In this document: positions 1 through 7,790 of the stretch, one piece after another | How the letters are laid out: each line of letters begins with the position of its first letter | Numbering within the stretch: position 1 is the stretch's first letter | DNA from: a candidate division TA06 bacterium | GTDB taxonomy: Bacteria > Edwardsbacteria > AC1 > EtOH8 | Direction: 5' to 3' | DNA: 64,000 nucleotides | NCBI GenBank assembly: GCA_016235665.1 | Contig: JACRJI010000014.1 | Coordinates: forward strand, 147,544 to 211,543 | Notes under the pieces: generated by a model | Databases searched by the model: none | What the model saw: only the letters and a program-made list of their open reading frames with translations | What the model was told of the DNA's origin: nothing | Position numbers and translations under genes: made by a program

Positions 1-243
1 GCTTTCCAGAACATTGTCTTTCTCATGGGGATTATCCTGGCCATGAACATTCCCCTGAATTGTCTCAGATTCAGTGCCGGGTTTTATACGTTTCTGTTCC
101 TGATAGCAGTGATCTGTATTACTTATCTGCCCCAGCAGATTCCGGCGTTGCTCGTTCCACGATATGGGACACAAACCAAGCTGAAATATATCTTGTATGT
201 AGCAATATTGGTCCTCTTTATTATACAACTTATCGTTGGATAG
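1..243 (+). CDS. hypothetical small membrane protein, possibly 5-prime partial (reading frame open to window edge)
   Basis: ORF 25..243 with hydrophobic segments; no in-frame stop between position 1 and the ATG, so it may continue upstream of the window. Confidence 0.25.
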   Translation, partial: AFQNIVFLMGIILAMNIPLNCLRFSAGFYTFLFLIAVICITYLPQQIPALLVPRYGTQTKLKYILYVAILVLFIIQLIVG

Positions 244-634
244 GAGCAGTATAATGAAATACATCAATGATTATTTTAAACCTATCAGCAAAGAAACGAT
301 CTTCAAAAAGCCAAAATCCGTCAGTGATCAAGGCTTTGCAAGCAAAAAAACCGTCATGAAGGAAACGAAGGACGGCATCGAACGGCACGTTGAGGAAAGC
401 ATCCTCCTTTCCGCTTGCGGTGAGGTAATCAAGGAAAGCGAGATCAGCGGACGTTGTGATGTTTGTGGCGGATACACTTGCCCAAAGCACATCTACCATT
501 GCCAGGCATGTCAAAAGACGTTATGCCTTCGGGATGTCCGGTTCTTAAAGGACAATGAAAACGAAAGCGCGTACTGCCCCGAACATTATACTATTGCTGT
601 ATATAACTATGACACCTGGACACGTCGCAAATAA
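236..634 (+). CDS. Cys-rich zinc-ribbon protein (CxxC...CxxC...CP), first gene of island operon
   Basis: C-terminal CDVCGG...CPKH...CQACQ...CPEH cysteine pairs; directly upstream of and coupled to the ATPase gene. Confidence 0.4.
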   Translation: MDRSSIMKYINDYFKPISKETIFKKPKSVSDQGFASKKTVMKETKDGIERHVEESILLSACGEVIKESEISGRCDVCGGYTCPKHIYHCQACQKTLCLRDVRFLKDNENESAYCPEHYTIAVYNYDTWTRRK

Positions 635-660
635 CGAAGCAATATAACTGGTTATTTATA

Positions 661-2358
661 ATGCTACTTTCTGAAAGAAAATCAACGTTCGATTCGGATC
701 CTTGCCTGCAGGCTGCTCTCCACATCATGGAACTGGCAAGGCAGACAGGTACAGAACGTGAGCTTTTCATCCTGCAGGCCCTAAAAGTGATCCGGGCATT
801 TCCGCAAAACCTCGGACTGATCCAGGGGTATGTCAGGAGCGTGGAGCGGAGGCTTTTGCCAAAGTTGATCAATGAAAAGTATCAAAGCCAGGTGCCGGAT
901 TCAAGGGTTTTTGGCGGGAATATCCACCTGGGAAATGTAGTTGAGAACAATGTTCCCGCCAGGATCACGACGGGACAGCTTAACCAGAACATCCTGATTT
1001 ATGGGAGGACAGGATCAGGCAAGTCGAATTTCAATATGCATGTTATCCCCCAGATTGCAGGGCTTGGGATAAAATGTGAAATATTTGATTTCAAACGGGA
1101 GTACCGGGACCTTTGGACATTACAGGATTGCCAGCCCATGATAGTACTCAATACCAGCAATGACAAATACAACCCGCTGGAACCAGTCGGGAATCCCAAG
1201 GGGTATAACCAGTTTTTCTGGGACATCTGCCAGCAGGATTTCAACATTCGCCCGGAAACTAAGCAAATGTTGATAATTTGTACCGACGAGTTGTATGCCC
1301 GTTTCGGGGTATACAACAATGGGAAATACTTTCCCACCTTATATGACCTCTATGATTACCTTAAAGAGAAGGCTGAAACGGCCAATCCCAAGATATTCAG
1401 GGGAATGGAAGTGATTCTGTCGATAATAAACCGGCTGGGCGCTATGGTTGATTGCAGTTCGGGATATGACCTCTCCGGTTTTAAAACGGTGTGCTATGAG
1501 GTGGATAACCTGAGTGAGGATTTAAGGTCCTGGATTATGAAACTGAGATTAAAAAAAAGCTACGAACAGGGTCTGAAATACAATCAACGGAATATATTGA
1601 GAAAAATTCTGGTTTTCGACGAGGCGAAGATGGTTTTTGGACAGAGCCGGATCGGGGAAGCGACCAACTATTTTAAGGATGCCATTACCCAGCAACGGGC
1701 ATTGGGTACCGGACTGCTTATTTCCGACCAGAACCCGTCGGAGTTGGCCGACTTCATCAGGAATAATGTCTATGGACAGGTCTGTTTTCATCTGGTCCAT
1801 CCTAAGGAAAGGCGGAACGCCGCACAATCTTTGGGTGGCACCGAGGACTTTGAATTGAAGATTGCGCGTTTGGCAATTCCCAACGCATATATTTCTCTGG
1901 GGCATTACCCGTACCCATTCCTGATGAGAATACCCAAAAGCAGGGTAACCTGGCATATCGGGGATGGAGAATTTGATCGTCTTATGCAGCCGGTAATATC
2001 CAGATTACAGTATATCCCCAGATACAAACCCGTTAAACCCGCTATTGTAATAACCCCAAAAGTCAACATACCGGAGAAACCAGCCAGCATTCCCAAAACA
2101 GACTCTACCGGAGATCTGTTTGAGCAATGGATAAATCTTTTAAAACATATTAAGGCGAATCCTGAAGACAATGTTTCGAAAATATACGATAAGCTGGGGT
2201 TGTCCAGAAGGAAGGGCAATTTGATCAAGGAACAGCTTTTGGAAAATTGTTTGATTGAAGAGGAGGTTGTCCATACCAAGGAGAGGAAACGGCCCCAAAA
2301 GCGACTAAAGCTCACTCTAAAGGGGGAGGAATATGTCAAAAGGCAAAGGCGGGCCTGA
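661..2358 (+). CDS. FtsK/HerA/VirB4-superfamily P-loop NTPase (DUF87-like)
   Basis: Walker A ILIYGRTGSGKS; Walker B hydrophobic run ILVFDEAKM; downstream LLISDQNPSEL sensor-like segment; 565 aa. Confidence 0.6.
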   Translation: MLLSERKSTFDSDPCLQAALHIMELARQTGTERELFILQALKVIRAFPQNLGLIQGYVRSVERRLLPKLINEKYQSQVPDSRVFGGNIHLGNVVENNVPARITTGQLNQNILIYGRTGSGKSNFNMHVIPQIAGLGIKCEIFDFKREYRDLWTLQDCQPMIVLNTSNDKYNPLEPVGNPKGYNQFFWDICQQDFNIRPETKQMLIICTDELYARFGVYNNGKYFPTLYDLYDYLKEKAETANPKIFRGMEVILSIINRLGAMVDCSSGYDLSGFKTVCYEVDNLSEDLRSWIMKLRLKKSYEQGLKYNQRNILRKILVFDEAKMVFGQSRIGEATNYFKDAITQQRALGTGLLISDQNPSELADFIRNNVYGQVCFHLVHPKERRNAAQSLGGTEDFELKIARLAIPNAYISLGHYPYPFLMRIPKSRVTWHIGDGEFDRLMQPVISRLQYIPRYKPVKPAIVITPKVNIPEKPASIPKTDSTGDLFEQWINLLKHIKANPEDNVSKIYDKLGLSRRKGNLIKEQLLENCLIEEEVVHTKERKRPQKRLKLTLKGEEYVKRQRRA

Positions 2359-2683
2359 ACACCAAAAGGCACAATGCCTTATAAGGGATTACTACCAGGC
2401 CCGGGGCATGGTGGCCGTTATAGAGGCTTTTCTTGGAAACAAGAATATAGATGTGTTGGTGCAGGATCCAGAGACTGGGCAGATCATAGCCATAGAATAC
2501 CAGACGACGATTAAACATGCTTTGGAGAATGTTCTGCTTGACCATGTTTTTTGTGACGAGGTGATTCTCGTTTCGGCCGATATCCGGGTGCTTGGGCAAA
2601 TGAAGCGGAAGATTGACGGGAACGGGGCAATTAACGGACAAAAAGTAAAATATAGGCTACTCAAGGAGTTTATTCCACAATAA
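2333..2683 (+). CDS. hypothetical 116-aa protein (possible degenerate PD-(D/E)xK-like fold)
   Basis: ORF with GGGGAGG RBS 6 nt upstream, overlaps ATPase stop by 26 nt; IDVLVQDPETGQIIAIEYQ resembles YraN-like nuclease core but is not diagnostic. Confidence 0.35.
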   Translation: MSKGKGGPEHQKAQCLIRDYYQARGMVAVIEAFLGNKNIDVLVQDPETGQIIAIEYQTTIKHALENVLLDHVFCDEVILVSADIRVLGQMKRKIDGNGAINGQKVKYRLLKEFIPQ

Positions 2684-2771
2684 TGGTAATCTGGTCAGTA
2701 GTAATAACCCGGAATAAAATATGGAATTTAACCAACGGACTAAAATCCCAAAACGAAAGGAGGTGAACAGT

Positions 2772-3512
2772 ATGCAAAGAAAAACAATATCCCTGATTGT
2801 GGCAGGCAGTGGGGTGATCAAAGACCTGGCGATTTCTCCGGAAACGACGGTCCATGACATCATCAATCAGAACGGACTATCTGGCTATGCTCTGTCCAAG
2901 GGCAACGAACAGAGTCTCAGTCAGGAGGATAACATCTTCAATTCGGTCATGGATGGCGACGAGGTCTATGCATCGCCGGAGGATGTTTCTGTAGGCAGAC
3001 AACCCCCTGCCTCCCCCTTCGGGGGGAAACCGTCCTTCCAGTTTGAAAAGATAACTGGCATCCGGCAAACGGTAACCCACTCAGGAGTGACGGAGACCCG
3101 CAAGGTGGAGGTGGTCCGGACTAGAACGTATGATAAGACCCTATTTCTCAAAAAGCGGTCAGGGCTGCCCTATTGGATGAAGGCCGGTTGGTTTCAGACA
3201 AATGATGGATACAATGGGTGGTACCGGACTAAATACGGAAGTTGGAAGGGTTATATCCATCGGGATTATCAGGATTCCTACTCGTATTTCATCATCGATC
3301 CTCCGAGTGAAGTAAAAAATGGATCCCATGGAGCTTGTTTTTCCCACCGGGGAAACGGTAAATATCAAGTGCATTTTAGTGTCAAGCCGACGGATATCGG
3401 GGATGGTATTCTAACGGTTGAGAGACTTATTAGCGAATCATTCGGTCAAAAGAACCACAAGGCACATAGAGGAGGCTTTATATCATGTTTACGAAAACTG
3501 GGGCTTTTGTGA
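2772..3512 (+). CDS. ubiquitin-like (beta-grasp) domain protein fused through an FGG motif to a ~160-aa C-terminal domain
   Basis: N-terminal KTISLIVAGSGVIKDLAISPETTVHDII...DGDEVYA matches the ThiS/MoaD/ubiquitin beta-grasp pattern; linker RQPPASPFGG then C-terminal domain; strong AAAGGAGG RBS before ATG 2772. Confidence 0.55.
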   Translation: MQRKTISLIVAGSGVIKDLAISPETTVHDIINQNGLSGYALSKGNEQSLSQEDNIFNSVMDGDEVYASPEDVSVGRQPPASPFGGKPSFQFEKITGIRQTVTHSGVTETRKVEVVRTRTYDKTLFLKKRSGLPYWMKAGWFQTNDGYNGWYRTKYGSWKGYIHRDYQDSYSYFIIDPPSEVKNGSHGACFSHRGNGKYQVHFSVKPTDIGDGILTVERLISESFGQKNHKAHRGGFISCLRKLGLL

Positions 3513-3541
3513 TGAGGTTTCAATGACAGCGGAGAAGGAAG

Positions 3542-4168
3542 ATGATTGAGCAGCAGATTGAGGCCCATATCACATTGTTAAAGGTAAAAGTAATTGCTCA
3601 CAGCGTTGTGGAGGTAAAAAACCTATGTGCTTCCATTTTAGACCTGCTGGAGCTTCACCGGATAGCGGCCAAGTATGGTTCGGTTGAGGACGAAAAAAGG
3701 ATTGTTTTTATAATTCCATCGCTTTTCCTACGGGATTGTTTAGATTACTTGAGGCAACAGGAGGAGGAATCGCTTCATTTCGTAACCGGAGTCCATATAG
3801 ATAATATTGTGATCCTTGACCGGCTTGTCAAACTGGAATTTGAAAAGCAGACTGTTGTCTTTGCCAAGGCTGATTCTACTTCGGTTAAAAATGCCTTGCT
3901 GGAACTGACGAGAAACGGTTATCGGCTTTTTGCATACTTTCATATCCATCCGGGCACCGGAGAACCAGCCACGCATCCTTCAAGTATCGATAAAAAGCTT
4001 GATGAGCTGTTGCAACGCGGAAAATATCAGGCAGTCGGTGCGATATTTAGTAGGGATGGTTACGCGCGGTTCTTCACCGACGGCAATTATGAAGTCCAAA
4101 TATACGGAAGGGGGGTGCAACAGATTGATGATAGAACTTTTAAGGTCGTTGAACCGGCCAAAACATAA
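3542..4168 (+). CDS. JAB/MPN (JAMM) metallo-isopeptidase
   Basis: JAMM-type motif FHIHPGTGEPATHPSSID (HxH...S..D); 208 aa; between Ubl and E1 genes. Confidence 0.7.
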   Translation: MIEQQIEAHITLLKVKVIAHSVVEVKNLCASILDLLELHRIAAKYGSVEDEKRIVFIIPSLFLRDCLDYLRQQEEESLHFVTGVHIDNIVILDRLVKLEFEKQTVVFAKADSTSVKNALLELTRNGYRLFAYFHIHPGTGEPATHPSSIDKKLDELLQRGKYQAVGAIFSRDGYARFFTDGNYEVQIYGRGVQQIDDRTFKVVEPAKT

Positions 4169-4187
4169 GACTTTTCATACCCCAGGC

Positions 4188-4934
4188 ATGGCCATGAGGT
4201 GTGAAGAAGACCGCAGGAATCTGACGGCCAGACAGGAAGTCGTTTTAGGTTTTGACCAGAATGTTATGAAAAGATTGTCCATATTGCAGATTGGAGCAGG
4301 TGGGCTTGGTGGAGAGATATGCCAGGGGTTGGTCCGAAAAGGCGTAGGGACCGTGAAGGTATTTGACGGGGATGTCGTCGAGCCATCAAACCTAACGCGA
4401 CAGAGGTTTTATCCAAAAGACCTTTACAGGAATAAGGCGTTGTCATTGGCTGGCAATCTTATGAAAGAGGCGATCATTAAAACTGAAATTATTGCTTATC
4501 CTTTCATGTTCCAACGGGCATTGGAGGAGGGGATGAATATGGATTGTGATATCGTGATTTGCGCCCCGGACAATGACGAAGTCCGGCGTTTTACGGCGAA
4601 GTATTTTCTCAATAAAGTGCCGGTTATATTTACGGGATTGGACCGGAAGGCAAATACCGGCTATGTTTTCATTCAGGAACCGGGCAAAGCTTGTTTCGAG
4701 TGTGCGATACCGTCTGCAAAAAGGAATAAAAGAGAACCGTGCCCGAATACTCCGGCAGTCATTGACTTGGTCAAGATCATTTCAGGTTTGGTCCTTTTTG
4801 CGGTTGATTCGACGGTAATGCATAGAAAACGAAACTGGAACTACAGACAAATATTCCTCTGCGGGTATATCCCCGAAATTATATGGACGGTTAAAAGAAG
4901 TAATAAATGTCAGATTTGCGGTACCAAATGGTAA
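4188..4934 (+). CDS. E1-like ubiquitin-activating / ThiF-MoeB family adenylyltransferase (minimal, ~249 aa)
   Basis: Rossmann ILQIGAGGLGGEICQGLVRKGVG, then FDGDVVEPSNLTRQ (E1/ThiF signature), CFEC...CQIC zinc pairs; start chosen 20 nt after JAB stop rather than the overlapping ATG 3930. Confidence 0.8.
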   Translation: MAMRCEEDRRNLTARQEVVLGFDQNVMKRLSILQIGAGGLGGEICQGLVRKGVGTVKVFDGDVVEPSNLTRQRFYPKDLYRNKALSLAGNLMKEAIIKTEIIAYPFMFQRALEEGMNMDCDIVICAPDNDEVRRFTAKYFLNKVPVIFTGLDRKANTGYVFIQEPGKACFECAIPSAKRNKREPCPNTPAVIDLVKIISGLVLFAVDSTVMHRKRNWNYRQIFLCGYIPEIIWTVKRSNKCQICGTKW

Positions 4935-5015
4935 CAGACCCCTATCGAATAAGGCGAAGTAAATTAAGGCGAGATCTAAAAACGAAGGGTTTATCGAAGC
5001 CGCAGGCTATAATAT

Positions 5016-5516
5016 ATGAAACCGCCATTAAGACAGGGAAGTGCGAATGACTTTCAGACACCAGCCCAAGCATTGCACCCGTTATACCAATATTTGAAAA
5101 AAGATTGGACAATATGGGAGTGTGCCCAGGGTAAGGGGAATATTGTCAGAGAATTACGGGCACGAGGGTGGAAAGTAATAGGCACAGATATATTAGATGG
5201 TCATGATTATTTATCTTATCTGCCGTCGAGATTCAATTGTATGATTACTAATCCTCCATATAGCATCAAGCAGCTGTTTTTAGAACGTGCATATTCTCTG
5301 CAAAAACCTTTTGCGTTTCTCTTGCCCTTGACCACATTTGAAACGAGAAAGCGACAGTATCTTTTTGAAAAATACGGGTTGGAGGTGATATTTTTCGATA
5401 AACGAATAAATTTTGAAACACCGAGCGGGAGAGGAACGGGAGCCTGGTTTGCGACGGCGTGGTTTACATGGGGTCTGAACATTGGCAAACAAATGACGTT
5501 TTGTAAATATGAATAA
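5016..5516 (+). CDS. small DNA methyltransferase, probably N6-adenine (phage Dam-like), NPPY motif
   Basis: ITNPPYS catalytic motif IV; 166 aa, size typical of phage orphan MTases. Confidence 0.6.
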   Translation: MKPPLRQGSANDFQTPAQALHPLYQYLKKDWTIWECAQGKGNIVRELRARGWKVIGTDILDGHDYLSYLPSRFNCMITNPPYSIKQLFLERAYSLQKPFAFLLPLTTFETRKRQYLFEKYGLEVIFFDKRINFETPSGRGTGAWFATAWFTWGLNIGKQMTFCKYE

Positions 5517-5733
5517 AGTGCGTACAATGGATCAACTAATTGACATAATAACCTTATCAAAACTCTTGAGCGTCAAGCCGATGACCATATATGGTTGGAT
5601 ACACGAGGGTGTAATTCCATATATCAAGCTTGGCCGGCTGGTGCGTTTCAGTGAAAAGGAAGTTCAAGCCTGGCTTAACAAGAAGAAACGAGAGGGACAA
5701 CCAGTAAAAGCAACGGATATAGATTTAACTTAA
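5509..5733 (+). CDS. AlpA/Xis-family helix-turn-helix excisionase-like DNA-binding protein
   Basis: LLSVKPMTIYGWIHEGVIPYIKLGRLVRFSEKEVQAWL matches excisionase/AlpA HTH pattern; immediately upstream of the integrase. Confidence 0.7.
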   Translation: MNKVRTMDQLIDIITLSKLLSVKPMTIYGWIHEGVIPYIKLGRLVRFSEKEVQAWLNKKKREGQPVKATDIDLT

Positions 5734-5802
5734 CTTGACATGGCAATAGGGTATAGGTTAACCCCAAAAGGTAATAATTCATTCATAAAGGAGGGAAGTG
5801 AA

Positions 5803-6861
5803 ATGCGTATATATAAAAGAAATGAGATTTGGTATTTGGACTACAATTATAAAGGCAAGCGATATCGTAAACGCGTCGGTAAATCCCAGAAAATGGCAGA
5901 ACTGGCACTTAAGAACATTGAGGTGAAAATTGTTAAAAAAGAGCATCTCGGCGTACAGGACGACAAAAAGATACTATTCGAGGATTTTACGACAAAATAT
6001 CTCGACTACGCCAAAGTAAACAAGTCCCCTAAATCATATTACCTCAACATAGGTAATATGAAAGCCATGCTGCCGTTTTTCAAAGGGAAATATCTATCCG
6101 AGATCACCCCTCAGGACATCGAGAGATATAAAGCAGAACGATCTTCGACGGTAAAACCAGCTACCCTTAACAGGGATCTTGCCTGCCTGCGGCATATGCT
6201 CAATAAAGCCATCGAGTGGGGATACCAACAGGTGAATCCGATGAAAGGGGTAAAACTCCTGAAGGAGCCTCCGGGGAGGTTGCGTTTCTTGTCCGAGGAG
6301 GAAATCAAAATACTACTGCATGAGTTGCCAGCAGGCTCAAAACTCATCGTACTGGTCGCGATGTACACCGGGATGAGAAGGTCTGAAATCCTCAATCTCA
6401 ATTGGAGCAATGTGGATTTGAAGAACAGGATCCTTGTCGTCGAGAAAACCAAGACCAATGAGCGGAGAATCATCCCTATCAACGATGGTTTGTATTCTCA
6501 GCTACATGAACTGTCCACAAGGAAAAAGAGCGAATTGGTATTTGCCGAATGTAGGATCAATTTACGGAGGAACTTCACAGATGCTTTGAAGAGGGCAAAT
6601 ATCAGAAATTTCAGATTTCACGACCTTCGCCACACCTTCGCGAGCTATCTTGTAATGAGCGGAGCCAGTATCAAAGTGGTCCAGCAGCTTCTCGGCCATA
6701 AGGATTTGAAAATGACGATGAGATATTCGCACCTTTCAAACGAACACCTCCAGGAAGCTGTTGGAAAGTTAAATTACACAAAACAGGATAAGATAGAACC
6801 GCAAACAGTAAGAGAAACCAGGAGCCGATATAAGTACAATCATATTATGTCCCTAAGGTAA
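5803..6861 (+). CDS. int: tyrosine site-specific integrase (phage integrase family)
   Basis: C-terminal HDLRHTFASYLV...LLGHKDLKMTMRYSHL catalytic box; N-terminal arm-type WYLDY..GKRYRKR; RBS AAGGAGGG before ATG 5803. Confidence 0.9.
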   Translation: MRIYKRNEIWYLDYNYKGKRYRKRVGKSQKMAELALKNIEVKIVKKEHLGVQDDKKILFEDFTTKYLDYAKVNKSPKSYYLNIGNMKAMLPFFKGKYLSEITPQDIERYKAERSSTVKPATLNRDLACLRHMLNKAIEWGYQQVNPMKGVKLLKEPPGRLRFLSEEEIKILLHELPAGSKLIVLVAMYTGMRRSEILNLNWSNVDLKNRILVVEKTKTNERRIIPINDGLYSQLHELSTRKKSELVFAECRINLRRNFTDALKRANIRNFRFHDLRHTFASYLVMSGASIKVVQQLLGHKDLKMTMRYSHLSNEHLQEAVGKLNYTKQDKIEPQTVRETRSRYKYNHIMSLR

Positions 6862-6865
6862 CAAA

Positions 6866-6894
6866 AATAGCCCAGCTTTTTAAGCTGGGCTATT
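6866..6894 (+). terminator. perfect 11-bp inverted repeat hairpin AATAGCCCAGC/GCTGGGCTATT after int
   Basis: seen in sequence; not followed by a T-run; the shared stem motif recurs at 7694. Confidence 0.4.
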
Positions 6895-6928
6895 CTACTC
6901 ACAACGACAATAACCTAAGGAGGATAAA

Positions 6929-7150
6929 ATGTTAATTTATCATTTATTTGCACTGATATTCATTGCAGTGATGGCAAGAAAATATTCTGCCAAGGAGATC
7001 TTGCGGGCAGCAATTAAGGCGGGAATCATTGCATATATAATCATGGGTCTGGTATTTGCTCATGGAATTATCAGAAAAATAGCCTTCCGTTCAGTTATTC
7101 ACCTGCAACAAAATAATAACAATTCCTACAACAATAACCCCCTTATCTAA
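6929..7150 (+). CDS. small membrane protein, hypothetical
   Basis: strong RBS TAAGGAGG; two hydrophobic helices; Asn-rich tail. Confidence 0.4.
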   Translation: MLIYHLFALIFIAVMARKYSAKEILRAAIKAGIIAYIIMGLVFAHGIIRKIAFRSVIHLQQNNNNSYNNNPLI

Positions 7151-7170
7151 ATTAAAGGAGGTACACCATA

Positions 7171-7599
7171 ATGAGTAACATGGCTAAAATCTACATTCCC
7201 GAGGATGTCCTCTATTATCTGAAACTTGTTGGTTTCGATAAATTTGTATATTCGAACATTGACAAAGTGGTTTTCCGGACTGATCTTTCAACTGGTGGTT
7301 TAGCGTTTATTGGGAGCCGTCCCCGGCTGGTGCACATTAAATTACGTTCCCCACCCGTCAATAATACAGCATGGAAACAATTAACCGCCATATCCAATGC
7401 AACAACTTATGTACATGAAGCCGCACATCATTACAGATGGGAGAATTATCATGATCGTGGAGAGTATGCACCAAAATGTTATGAATGGCGGTTCTTACGG
7501 GCATTGCAACCTCTGATCGAACCTCAAGGAAAAATCCGAATTGTTATTCACAGAACGTGGTGGGGTGGCTTTAAGGGGTGCAGTTTATTAATCGTTTGA
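7171..7599 (+). CDS. hypothetical protein with HExxH zincin-like motif (VHEAAHH)
   Basis: RBS AAAGGAGG; HEAAH motif; 142 aa. Confidence 0.4.
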   Translation: MSNMAKIYIPEDVLYYLKLVGFDKFVYSNIDKVVFRTDLSTGGLAFIGSRPRLVHIKLRSPPVNNTAWKQLTAISNATTYVHEAAHHYRWENYHDRGEYAPKCYEWRFLRALQPLIEPQGKIRIVIHRTWWGGFKGCSLLIV

Positions 7600-7693
7600 A
7601 TGCTCGGGTCCCTGATGGAATAATAAATACATTTTAGTGCATTTGAATGGGCATTTACAAAAAGCCGTTAGGAAGTTAAGCTTTGCTAAAGAG

Positions 7694-7727
7694 AATAGCC
7701 CAGCATAGTAGCCGGGCTATTCTTTTC
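7694..7727 (+). terminator. hairpin AATAGCCC-loop-GGGCTATT followed by T-rich tract
   Basis: 8-bp stem sharing the AATAGCCC motif with hairpin at 6866; CTTTTCT follows. Confidence 0.4.
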
Positions 7728-7729
7728 TG

Positions 7730-7758
7730 TTGACAAGGAGTATATCGGATGTTACTAT
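7730..7758 (+). promoter_or_regulatory. sigma70-like promoter TTGACA-17 bp-TACTAT upstream of the caspase-like/cyclase gene pair
   Basis: TTGACA at 7730, 17-bp spacer, TACTAT at 7753. Confidence 0.35.
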
Positions 7759-7790
7759 TATGTGAGTAAAAAAATCTAGTATTAATTGCA

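Noticed and set aside
2333-2683. The 116-aa ORF as the missing E2 enzyme
   Set aside because: No HPN-like motif or UBC-like Cys context; sequence looks more like a degenerate PD-(D/E)xK core. Kept only as hypothetical.
3930-4187. Upstream ATG 3930 as the E1 start (334-aa product overlapping JAB by 239 nt)
   Set aside because: The Rossmann/E1 domain begins after Met at 4188, which lies 20 nt past the JAB stop; the long overlap is implausible.
5740-5802. Upstream ATG 5740 for the integrase and ATG 31859 for the anti-sigma factor
   Set aside because: Internal ATGs (5803, 32093) have proper Shine-Dalgarno sequences and avoid overlapping upstream genes; N-terminal extensions are low complexity.
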